Shown piece after piece: positions 55,646 through 63,621 of a stretch of 64,000 bases of DNA. The stretch is from positions 32,001-96,000 of IMG/VR virus record IMGVR_UViG_2885028616_000003, one strand, 5' to 3'. The position numbers and the translations under genes were made by a program. The first letter of the stretch is position 1; each line of letters opens with the position of its first letter. The DNA is from a virus. Taxonomy: Duplodnaviria; Caudoviricetes. The notes beneath the pieces are model-generated. The model was given only the letters and a program-made list of their open reading frames with translations, was not told the DNA's origin and made no database searches.

Positions 55646-56094
55646 GACCCGGCCCCTGACGTTCCGGGCCCGGAGACCAGCCGGTACCCGGTCCGCCGCT
55701 CCAGCCCGGCCGCCGTCACCCCGGACGCGTAGAGCTGACGCGTGGCCAGCGACCGCTCACGGACCCCGCGGCCGTCCTCGAGGAGGGTGACGACCTGGAC
55801 TTTGCTGTAGCCGGGGAGCCACCGGTCGCCCGGGTCACCGACGACCCGGATCCGGGTGCGGACGGGTTCGCCGTCCACGAGGTAGGTGGGCTGGCAGGAC
55901 TCGTACACCTGCCCCGGCGCGATGGCGTGCGCGGACTCGGCGTTCCGAGCCTCGCGCGGCGCTGAGATCGCCTGTGACGGCTCCGGAGCGTCCCGGCCCT
56001 GTCGCGATACGTGATCGGCGGTGCTCGCGGCGCCGTGATCGGATCCGGGGCTGCCAGCCCCATCCCCGCCCCGCCAGGTCCCTTCTCCGGTCAC
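55642..56094 (-). CDS. Hypothetical protein (SH3-like, 'PGQVY...RRTGY')
   Basis: Coupled overlaps. Confidence 0.6.
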   Translation of the reverse strand: MTGEGTWRGGDGAGSPGSDHGAASTADHVSRQGRDAPEPSQAISAPREARNAESAHAIAPGQVYESCQPTYLVDGEPVRTRIRVVGDPGDRWLPGYSKVQVVTLLEDGRGVRERSLATRQLYASGVTAAGLERRTGYRLVSGPGTSGAGS

Positions 56095-56363
56095 AGGTCG
56101 CCGCCCATCGCCGCCACCAGGCCGGCCACGGCGTCGGCGTCGGAGCGGGACCGGACCACCACGCGTGGCGTCATGCCGGGGCGCGGGACGGTCAGCACGA
56201 TCTGCTGGTCGCCCTTCCCGATCTGTTCGGCGCGGGTCACGAGGTCGTGGACTTGGGGCAGGGGGAGGGTGGCGGTTGCGGTGGTCATTTCTCCGGTTGT
56301 GGTGATCACGGTGAGGGTGATCTGTCGGGTGTCGGTGGTGGGTTGGGGTGTGGCGTCGTTCAT
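56091..56363 (-). CDS. Hypothetical protein
   Basis: ATG after AAGGGA. Confidence 0.55.
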   Translation of the reverse strand: MNDATPQPTTDTRQITLTVITTTGEMTTATATLPLPQVHDLVTRAEQIGKGDQQIVLTVPRPGMTPRVVVRSRSDADAVAGLVAAMGGDL

Positions 56364-56463
56364 GCGTTGTGTCCCTTTTTGACGGTGGTGGGTTCTCATG
56401 GGGCGTACGGCTTTTATAGGCGTTTGTGTCCGTTTAAGTTCGTTCGTTCCTTCTGGCAGTCGG

Positions 56464-56820
56464 TTATGGCGCGGCCCCGTGGTCGTCCTCGTACGAGACC
56501 GGCTGCTCGTTGCTCATCAGCGCGTTCATTGCCGTTTCGTCGACGCCGCGTCGTTCGGCCCGGATGTGGTCGCGTGCGGCTTCGCGGGCGACGAGGGCTG
56601 TGATCCATTCGGTGAGGGCGAGCGCCCAGGAGCTTCGCGCCCGTTCGGTTTGGATGCCCTTGGGGTTGCGGCGACGGCGTGCGTCGTATGCGCGGCTGGC
56701 GGAGCGTTCGCTGGCGCGTGCTGCGGCGAGACGTCGGTCGGCGTCGTCGGCGGCGGCCTGGGCGGCGCGCAGCTCCGCGCTGAGGTCTCTGCTCACGGCG
56801 ATCAGATCTCGCTTTTCCAC
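56464..56820 (-). CDS. Helical hypothetical protein downstream of the origin
   Basis: 118-aa ORF. Confidence 0.55.
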   Translation of the reverse strand: MEKRDLIAVSRDLSAELRAAQAAADDADRRLAAARASERSASRAYDARRRRNPKGIQTERARSSWALALTEWITALVAREAARDHIRAERRGVDETAMNALMSNEQPVSYEDDHGAAP

Positions 56821-56880
56821 ATCGGCTTCGGCCCGCTTCGCCGCCTTCCAGTTCAGCCACCGGAGACAGAAGCGGGGTCT

Positions 56881-57109
56881 GGTGCAGTTGTTTGAAGAGG
56901 TGCAGTTGATCTCTTAGGTGCTTGTAAACGTCTGGGGGGGTACGGGGCCCACCCCCTTTAGGACCTAAGGGGGTACACAGCCCACCCCCTTTGAAGCGGT
57001 TAGGGGGTACAGGGCCCACCCCCTTAGTCCAAAGGGGGTATGGAGCCCACCCCCTTTGGACTGGCGGGCGCCCGGTTGTCCACAGGCCCGAGACGCCGGG
57101 TTGTCCACA
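56881..57109. other. Putative phage replication origin: four palindromic iterons, two DnaA boxes and an AT-richer strip
   Basis: GGGGGTA-N4-GCCCACCCCCTT four times at 56935-57057 with ~31-34-bp spacing. TTGTCCACA at 57076 and 57101. GGTGCAGTTG repeats at 56881 and 56899. Confidence 0.8.
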
Positions 57110-57113
57110 GGGA

Positions 57114-57488
57114 TCACGCGACCTCCTCGGCTGCCACGATCCGCGCGAACGCGGGCAGTTCGGGCAGCCGGAAGTCCATCGCGTGCCCCTTGGCCGCGTA
57201 CACCGGATCGCCGTTCTTGTCCCGCTTCCACACCACGCGGACATCCAGCCCGCGCTCGGCGAGCCGCTGGAGGATCTTCTTGAGCCCCTGCGGGGACACC
57301 TTCGCTACCTGGCACAGCCGGTCGTACAAGTCGCAGTCGTCGTTCTTGAAACGGCGCATGTCCCGGGCCCGCTCGTCCAGGACACGGTCCGCGATCGTCA
57401 GGAGCACGGCGAACTCCTTGTCCGACAGCTCCGCGCCCGCAGGCGTACGACGCCACTCGATGACGTCGCCCACGAGCTTCCCGCTCAA
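57114..57488 (-). CDS. Replication initiator-like winged-helix protein
   Basis: 'LSDKEFAVLLTIAD...VSPQGLKKILQRLAERGL'. Adjacent to the iterons. Confidence 0.7.
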   Translation of the reverse strand: MSGKLVGDVIEWRRTPAGAELSDKEFAVLLTIADRVLDERARDMRRFKNDDCDLYDRLCQVAKVSPQGLKKILQRLAERGLDVRVVWKRDKNGDPVYAAKGHAMDFRLPELPAFARIVAAEEVA

Positions 57489-57686
57489 TCCGCAGCCCTC
57501 CCACCTCTCTCAGCGCCTGGCTAGCCGTCATATGAGGGCTGGACCTCCTGTCGCTACGACCTGCTGAGAGTCACGTTGCGTAGATTGAACATGACCAACT
57601 GTAGCGATCTCGGAGCATGATGTCAGGTCATGGCGTATGGTCATTCGGTGATGCTGTGATCGACGCCCCCGAAGCGAGGACATGCC

Positions 57687-57956
57687 GTGACTGCACTCCC
57701 TCTCCGTGCGAGCATGGCCACCGTGAGTGAGGGAGAGGACTCCGTGGAGACCAGGCTGAAGAAGGCCGTGCGCGGGTACCGGCGCGCCACCCAGGCGCGG
57801 ATCGAGCTGCACGAAGCCATCAAGGCCGCCGCCGCCGGCGGCAAGACGCCGAAGCAGATCACGTTCCTGATCGACCACGAGTACGACGTCGCGCACGTCT
57901 CGCGGATCATCCACGGCAAGGTCGGCGGCAAGCGGAAGCCCCCCGCCAAGGACTGA
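57687..57956 (+). CDS. Small basic HTH-like regulator, divergent from the rep-like gene
   Basis: 'LHEAIKAAAAGGKTPKQIT...YDVAHVSRII'. Confidence 0.7.
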   Translation: MTALPLRASMATVSEGEDSVETRLKKAVRGYRRATQARIELHEAIKAAAAGGKTPKQITFLIDHEYDVAHVSRIIHGKVGGKRKPPAKD

Positions 57957-58034
57957 CCTGCTCGCGCGCCCTCCAGCGCGGCTCGTGCTGTCCGTCTCCC
58001 CCATCGATCCCCCGATCGTCGTTTTTCCTCATGT

Positions 58035-59050
58035 GGTCTGGTCTGTCGGCTAGGCCGGGGACGGTCAGCGGCGACCAGGCCTGGCTAGTCGTTCCGGCGC
58101 GGTCCGGCTTGCTGCGGTCCGGCTTGTCGTTCTGGCGAGGCCCGTGCAGGGCGCGGCTAGTCGGTTCAGGGGCGGGCACGAGACGGGATGGGTAGTCGGG
58201 ATGGCAGGGCGAGGCTGGTTCTGGCAAGGCAAGTCGTTGCGGCATGGCGAGGACGGGCAGGGCCAGACAAGGCATGTCGGTGTGGCGAGGTGCGGCTGGG
58301 GTCGACGTGAGCTGTCGATCTGGTATGGCATGGCGAGGGCAGGCGAGGATCGGCAAGGCATGGCCTGGGTTGGCGAGTCGGCATGGGATGGCGAGGCCGG
58401 ATTAGGTACGTCGACGCGGTCTGGCGAGGCCGGGCTAGGCCTGTCGGCAGCGGGCAGACGGGGAAAGCAGGAGAAGGGACATGTCGGACTGAAAGGACCA
58501 GGCATGGCGAGTCGGCAAGGGCAGGCTTGGTCGAGACTTGGCGAGAAATGGCGAGTCGTGGCTATGTGGCGAGGACGGGCGGGGCCAGGCAAGGCAAGTC
58601 GGCGCGGCGAGCAGGGGCGGGGCCTGACTTGTCGAACGGGCACGGCGAGGTAAGGCGTGAGTTGGCAAGTCGAAGCGGCCTGGCATAGCTCGACATGTCG
58701 CTGAGGCCGGGCGGGTGCGAGGCATGGCACGTCGGATGGGCACGGCATGGCACGGTCTGGCATGGCCCGTTCGGGGCCGGGCGAGAAGGGGCATGTCGGT
58801 GTGGCACGGCCCGGGTCGGCGGGGACAGGCGCCGGCGGGACGCGGCAAGGCTTGTCGCCGGAGGCGAGGGCGGGACGCGATGGGGGCGGGTGCACGTCAT
58901 GACAAGTCGGCATGGCGAGGCGAGGGTTAGGCACGGACCGGCGAGGCGCGTCGGGCACGGTGCGGCGGGGTCCAAGCGTGGCGCGATTGGGGCTGTCGGC
59001 ACGGCCGGGTCTGACCAGGGCGGGCGGGACTGGGCCTGTCGTGTTGGCTA
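58035..59050 (+). repeat. Non-coding array of 24 units GTCG-N4-(GGYNN)n, candidate guide-RNA array
   Basis: 25 GTCG delimiters from 58045 to 59038, with a 5-nt GGY period inside units. 14 of 24 units are exactly 8+5n nt long. Confidence 0.9.
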
Positions 59051-59114
59051 GCCGCATCGTGGTTCGCGGCGTCGCGGGTAGGCCGCCCGGACTGTGCCGG
59101 GCGGCCCGGTCACG

Positions 59115-59831
59115 CTACTGCTTGTCGAACGCGAGGAGCTCGAACTTGCCGTCCGAGCGGCCCCGGTCCGCGCCGATCCCGATGTCCTCGCCGCGCTCCC
59201 AAATCCGGCCCCAGGCCTCCATCGGCAGGAAGTCGTCGTGGACCCGGACCGTGAACTCCAGAAGCGGCTGCTCCACGTACTCGACCCGGTTGATCGAGGA
59301 ACGCGGCCCCTGCGGGGTCTTCACGTGCTTGATGCGCTCCTCGACCCCGTGCGGCTCCGTCACCCCGAGGTCGATGTACACCTCGGGGACGAACACCCTT
59401 TCGGCGAGGGTGGACATCAGCCCCTTCCGGAACCCCTTGGTGATCTTCGACTTGCCGGGGAAGTCCGTGCCCGGGTAGGCGGAGTTGGCCCACTCCTTCA
59501 GCGCGGCCTTCATGCACCGCCCCTCGTACCCCAGCGCCCCCGTGCCGGGGATGCGCTTGAAGCCGTTGACCGACACTTCCGCGTCCCCCGACTCCATCAC
59601 CGCCTGCGCCAGCTCGTCCGCCGACGGCTGCCGGTCGGGGAACCGCTCCTTCAGCGTCGCGTCCGCCAGCTCCTGCAGGTCCCGGTCCCCCAGCTCCAGG
59701 CGGGTCTTCAGCCAGCCCTTGATCACGCTCGGGGACGAGGGGACCCCACCGACCAGCTTGTCGAGAACCTGCAGCCGCACCACGTACACCGCGACGTCCG
59801 ACTTGGTCCCGAACACGTCCGTAGCACTCAT
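59115..59831 (-). CDS. Solo Cas7/RAMP-like protein
   Basis: N-terminal strand then 'LVGGVP', 'YEGRCMKAALKE' helix, thumb-like hairpin 'ERIKHV...RSSINRVEYV', C-terminal G-rich loop 'GIGADRGRSDGKF'. Confidence 0.8.
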   Translation of the reverse strand: MSATDVFGTKSDVAVYVVRLQVLDKLVGGVPSSPSVIKGWLKTRLELGDRDLQELADATLKERFPDRQPSADELAQAVMESGDAEVSVNGFKRIPGTGALGYEGRCMKAALKEWANSAYPGTDFPGKSKITKGFRKGLMSTLAERVFVPEVYIDLGVTEPHGVEERIKHVKTPQGPRSSINRVEYVEQPLLEFTVRVHDDFLPMEAWGRIWERGEDIGIGADRGRSDGKFELLAFDKQ

Positions 59832-60244
59832 CGTCCCGTCCCCTCCGAATGGACCGCCATCGCCGGCGCGGCGATCGCGTTCTGCGTCTTCACGCGCTCG
59901 GCTTCGAGTGCGCGCTTCAGAGACCCGTTCACGGTCTCCAAGTCCTTGATCTCGTTGCGGGCCGCCTCCAGGTCCGCCTCCACCGCAGAGCGGCCCTCGA
60001 CCTCGCGGCGGACCTCGTCGAGCACGACGCCGGCGCGGCCGTAGGCGGCGAACGTGGCCTTCACCTCGGTCGCCTTCTGCACCGTCAGGTACAGGTCGAA
60101 CACCTCGCGCGGGGTCTTGCCGCGCAGGCTCTTGCCGGTGATCGCCTCGATGTTCCGGCGCGCTTTCTCGTCGGTCTTCAGCAGCTCCACCACGGCGTCG
60201 AACTCCTCCGCCGAGTACTCCTGCGCCCTGCGTCGTCTCGCCAT
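59828..60244 (-). CDS. Helical/coiled-coil protein translationally coupled to the Cas7-like gene
   Basis: AGGAG RBS and ATGA overlap at 59828-59831. Confidence 0.75.
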   Translation of the reverse strand: MARRRRAQEYSAEEFDAVVELLKTDEKARRNIEAITGKSLRGKTPREVFDLYLTVQKATEVKATFAAYGRAGVVLDEVRREVEGRSAVEADLEAARNEIKDLETVNGSLKRALEAERVKTQNAIAAPAMAVHSEGTGR

Positions 60245-60292
60245 CCCGTCTCCTAACTCGTTGTCTCGCCTGGTGAGGTTCGTGTGCCGGGC

Positions 60293-60652
60293 TCACCCCG
60301 GCGCGGCCTGGTCCAGGTGCGCCCACTGAGGGCCGGTCGGGCACTCGATGTGCCGCGCGGCGCACCAGTGCAGCCCGGCGACGGTGACGCCGCCCTCCAC
60401 GTACGCCAGCGCCGCCAACCCGCGGACCAGAGCGGCGAACGCCGCAGCCGGGCGGCCGTCCTTCGCCCCGTACAGCAGCACGTCACCGGCCGCCCCGGCG
60501 CGCATCAGCTCCACCACCCACGCGGCGTCGTTCGCGCGCTGCTCGGGGGTCCAGCCGCGGATCTCCTGCATGCGCTGCGGCACCGCCACCAGCAGGCCAG
60601 CGGCGAGGTTCTCGTCCAGGCCCTCGTGCCGGGCGCGCTCGTCCTGCATCAC
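60293..60652 (-). CDS. Hypothetical protein
   Basis: 'GDVLLYG...LAALAYVEGGVT..GLHWC'. Confidence 0.7.
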   Translation of the reverse strand: MMQDERARHEGLDENLAAGLLVAVPQRMQEIRGWTPEQRANDAAWVVELMRAGAAGDVLLYGAKDGRPAAAFAALVRGLAALAYVEGGVTVAGLHWCAARHIECPTGPQWAHLDQAAPG

Positions 60653-61401
60653 AGCCCCCGTTCCGCGCGGTACTGCGCCGCGAGCCGCTGCACCGTCCGG
60701 TAGCTGAGCCCCATACGCGCGGCAATCTCCTTCTGCACCAAGCCCTGCTCGTGCAGCTCGGTGAACCGGTCGAGCCGCCTCTTGGCCACATGCGCGGGCG
60801 TCTTCTGCGTACCGGCGTTGGCACGGAGTTCGATCCGCCACAACCAGGACGGCTCCTCGCCCTCGTGCCACAGAGCCAGGAAACGACGGCGGGCGGCGGT
60901 GAGCCGCTGCGCGAATGCGCTGTAGCTGATGCCAAGGGCATCGGCGGCGGCCTGGTGGGTGCCACGCGCAGCGAGAGCGTGCACGGCGGACCGCTCGACC
61001 GGGGTGAGCTGGGGCCAGATCTGCCACAGGGCCGCCTGGTCGACGATGCGGGCCTCGGGGCTGGGGGTGTGACGGATGACCGTTTCCCAGTAGATGGCGT
61101 ACTTGGGCATCGGCCGGTAGTCCTTGGCGGTGCCGTGGTGGTGGAGCTCCTTCTGCAGGTTCCGGGCGATGGCGTTCTGCGCGGTGATGATCAGTTCGTT
61201 GGGGGTGGGGCGCTCGTCGGCGCTGTAGAGGTGTTCGGCGATCGCTGACCAGGCGATGGCGTAGCGGTCGCGGGGATCGGTGGTGATGCCGTAGAGACGC
61301 CGGGTGGAGAACGATGCGAGGCGTTCGAGGTCGGCGAGGTTGTAGCCGTGCCGCAACTCGTGGACGTCGCTGGAGGGTGGAGAGCAGGCGAGCTGGGTCA
61401 T
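60649..61401 (-). CDS. Sigma-factor-like/HTH transcription regulator
   Basis: Region-4-like 'QLTPVERSAV...AADALGIS...RLTAARRRF' plus a second HTH 'QKEIAARMGLSYRTVQR'. Confidence 0.75.
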   Translation of the reverse strand: MTQLACSPPSSDVHELRHGYNLADLERLASFSTRRLYGITTDPRDRYAIAWSAIAEHLYSADERPTPNELIITAQNAIARNLQKELHHHGTAKDYRPMPKYAIYWETVIRHTPSPEARIVDQAALWQIWPQLTPVERSAVHALAARGTHQAAADALGISYSAFAQRLTAARRRFLALWHEGEEPSWLWRIELRANAGTQKTPAHVAKRRLDRFTELHEQGLVQKEIAARMGLSYRTVQRLAAQYRAERGL

Positions 61402-61808
61402 CCGGGCGTTCCTTCCGGGTGGGGCTGGCTGGTGCGGCGGTGTGCGGCGTCGCGGTCCTTCTGCTCCTGCACCGCCCGCTTCGCCGCCTCCTGCTCGCCG
61501 GGTGAGGCGCGGCGCTTACCGGACGCGACCGCGCGGGCGTCCACCGCCTGCCACGCCAGGCCGCCCTGCGCGGCGTAGGAGTCACGCCCGTAGGTCTCGA
61601 ACGCCGGGCACGACGGGCGCCCGCAGTAGCACCGCGCCGGCGCGCACCGCCCCTCCGGTGGCTCGGGCAGGCCTCGCTCGGCCGACGGAGTGTGGTCCAA
61701 GCAACGGGGGCCCTGGATGAACAGGCGAGTCGGCGTTGCCCCGCAGGTGCGCTGCTCGGCGTCGGAGTAGTGGACGCATGGTTTGTCCCACCTGCCGATA
61801 CCGCTCAT
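61398..61808 (-). CDS. Cys-rich hypothetical protein
   Basis: 'CGATPTRLFIQGPRCLDHTP', 'AVASGKRRAS'. Confidence 0.7.
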   Translation of the reverse strand: MSGIGRWDKPCVHYSDAEQRTCGATPTRLFIQGPRCLDHTPSAERGLPEPPEGRCAPARCYCGRPSCPAFETYGRDSYAAQGGLAWQAVDARAVASGKRRASPGEQEAAKRAVQEQKDRDAAHRRTSQPHPEGTPG

Positions 61809-62308
61809 CGGCGCCTCGCAGCGCTGGGGGTGCCGCCAGCCTCGACGAGCACGGTCACCGACGCCGAGATCTCCTCGACCGTGAGCAGCAGCCCGAGAGC
61901 GTCCGCATAGCCGTGGGCCTGGTCGAGCTGGATGCGGCGCTCCCCGTTCTCCCACATCGTCACGGCCGGGCGCGTCACCCCCACCGCTGCCGCGACCTGC
62001 GCGACCGGGAGCTCGCGGACGAGGCGGGTCGCGCGGAGCTGCCGCAGCACCGGCAGCCGCCTGTCGTCCTGGGCGCAGGCGGCGAGCGGCACCGGCACCC
62101 CGCTAGCGCCCGGCAGCAGCGCCAGCTCCAGCCCGAGCACCCCGGCGTAGCCGCAGGCACGTTCCAGCGACGGGCACCGGTCTCCTCGCTCCCAAGACGC
62201 CGGCACGCAAGCGGACAACCCGGCGCGTGCGGCGGCGGCGCGCACGCTCAGCCCGAGTGCGCGGCGACGTGCTCGCAGCGCCCGCACGATCGGCAGCGGC
62301 TCACCCAC
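61805..62308 (-). CDS. Tandem XRE HTH protein
   Basis: Two HTH_3-like repeats, each ending 'YAxxLGL'. Confidence 0.8.
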   Translation of the reverse strand: MGEPLPIVRALRARRRALGLSVRAAAARAGLSACVPASWERGDRCPSLERACGYAGVLGLELALLPGASGVPVPLAACAQDDRRLPVLRQLRATRLVRELPVAQVAAAVGVTRPAVTMWENGERRIQLDQAHGYADALGLLLTVEEISASVTVLVEAGGTPSAARRR

Positions 62309-62344
62309 CGGTGCCTCCGCAGCCGGTGCAAGTGCCCTGGCCGT

Positions 62345-62437
62345 TCAACGCCACCACCCGACCAGCAGCTCGACAGCCAGTTCGGTGAGGTCGGCGAGCC
62401 ACTCCCAGCGACGGCTCTTGTCCTTCTTCTTCCGCAT
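62345..62437 (-). CDS. Possible 30-aa peptide
   Basis: AGGAG RBS. MRKKKDKSRRWEWLADL... Confidence 0.4.
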   Translation of the reverse strand: MRKKKDKSRRWEWLADLTELAVELLVGWWR

Positions 62438-62445
62438 TGCGTCTC

Positions 62446-62694
62446 CTAGAACAGGGCGTGCTGGACGACGGGGAGGCCCAGCTCGAAGGTGTCGATGGCC
62501 CAGCCGTCCGCGCGGGCCCGCAAGACCCACTCCTCGGCCATGGCCTGCGCGTTCCTGACCGCCTGCTCGAACCCGACGCCGTGGTTCTCACCTGCACAGA
62601 CACAGCGGCAGGTCTTGTACTCGGCGTCATAGCAGGACTTCCCGCACGACCCCGCCACGGAGCCGCCGGCGCGGACGGTCAGGACCGCCGTCAT
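62446..62694 (-). CDS. Small Cys/His zinc-binding protein
   Basis: 'CGKSCYDA...CRCVCAGENHG'. Confidence 0.75.
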   Translation of the reverse strand: MTAVLTVRAGGSVAGSCGKSCYDAEYKTCRCVCAGENHGVGFEQAVRNAQAMAEEWVLRARADGWAIDTFELGLPVVQHALF

Positions 62695-62743
62695 CGGGCC
62701 CGGCCTCCGCGCTCCGTGCAGGAACGGCCCTTCGTGCGTGCCC

Positions 62744-63415
62744 TCACGAACGTCCTCCCGCCTGCTGGTCCGGGGGTTCGAAGCCGGGCTTGGAGGTGAT
62801 GGCGTCGAGGAACTCGGTGACGGTGATGACTCCGTCGGGAGTGTCGACCTCGATCAGGTCAAGGGCGCGCCACAGCTCGACGTCGTGCTCGTCGGGGACG
62901 ATTCCCTGCCGCAGGGTCTCGGCGCGGTGCTCGGAGATCACCCAGGCGAGGCGGAACACCGACGTCACCTGCCGGACCTTGCGCGCCGGGTTCGGCGGGG
63001 CCGGAACGGGCAGGGCTGGTTTCGGGCGGGCGGGCGCCGCCGCGTTGCCGGCGGCGTGTTTGGCCTCGGCGAGACGGCGGCTGAGGATGCGGCGGTACCC
63101 GATCGCGCGGCGCCGCCACTCCTGGTGCTCGCCCTGCGCAGCGAACCACTTGCCCTTGCCCGCAGCCCCCTCCACGTGGCATTCCTGCCGGTAGCTCTCC
63201 ATGTCGGCGCGGCGCTCGGCGAGCTGGTCCTCCACGTCCCGGAACGCCGCCCCGAGCACGCCGTGAGTGCGGCGCGCCAACTGCGGCGACAGCAGCAGAT
63301 CCCACATGGCGGGCTGCTCGGTGCGGTCGAGGTTGCTCACGATGAGCGTGCGGAACGCGTCGTCGGGCAGGCCGAGCAGGTTCTGCAGCTGCGCCCCCTC
63401 GTCTGTCACGGTCAC
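62744..63415 (-). CDS. Hypothetical helical protein
   Basis: 223 aa, AGGAGG RBS. Confidence 0.7.
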   Translation of the reverse strand: MTVTDEGAQLQNLLGLPDDAFRTLIVSNLDRTEQPAMWDLLLSPQLARRTHGVLGAAFRDVEDQLAERRADMESYRQECHVEGAAGKGKWFAAQGEHQEWRRRAIGYRRILSRRLAEAKHAAGNAAAPARPKPALPVPAPPNPARKVRQVTSVFRLAWVISEHRAETLRQGIVPDEHDVELWRALDLIEVDTPDGVITVTEFLDAITSKPGFEPPDQQAGGRS

Positions 63416-63621
63416 GGTTTCCTCCTGTTGCGCCGCTTCTTCCTGCTGGCGGGCTTGGTCCAGCCGCGGCCCCGCAGGCGGCCGGGGCGCCGTCGGCGGG
63501 ACTGGGCGGCCTCGCAGGCGCGGCAGCCGATCGTCGGGGCGGTATGCCCGCAGCGGGTCCGGCCCTCGGGCACCGACGGCGCGACCTGTGTGAGGACGGC
63601 GCTGCTCTTGCGGGCCATCAC
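63412..63621 (-). CDS. Small basic protein
   Basis: Coupled overlaps. Confidence 0.5.
   Translation of the reverse strand: MMARKSSAVLTQVAPSVPEGRTRCGHTAPTIGCRACEAAQSRRRRPGRLRGRGWTKPASRKKRRNRRKP

Noticed and set aside
56414-57244. 276-aa ORF spanning the iterons as a full replication protein
   Set aside because: Its N- and C-terminal parts are off-frame readings of better ORFs, and it has no RBS. Kept only as a possible frameshift remnant.
58035-59050. Canonical CRISPR array
   Set aside because: No 23-47-bp identical repeats with unique spacers. The constant parts are only GTCG and GGY.
58065-59057. 330-aa minus-strand ORF and other ORFs over the array (P/C/R-rich or G/W/R-rich)
   Set aside because: Low-complexity translations open in several frames on both strands. 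The 5-nt period is not codon-compatible, so these are best explained as by-products of the repeat.
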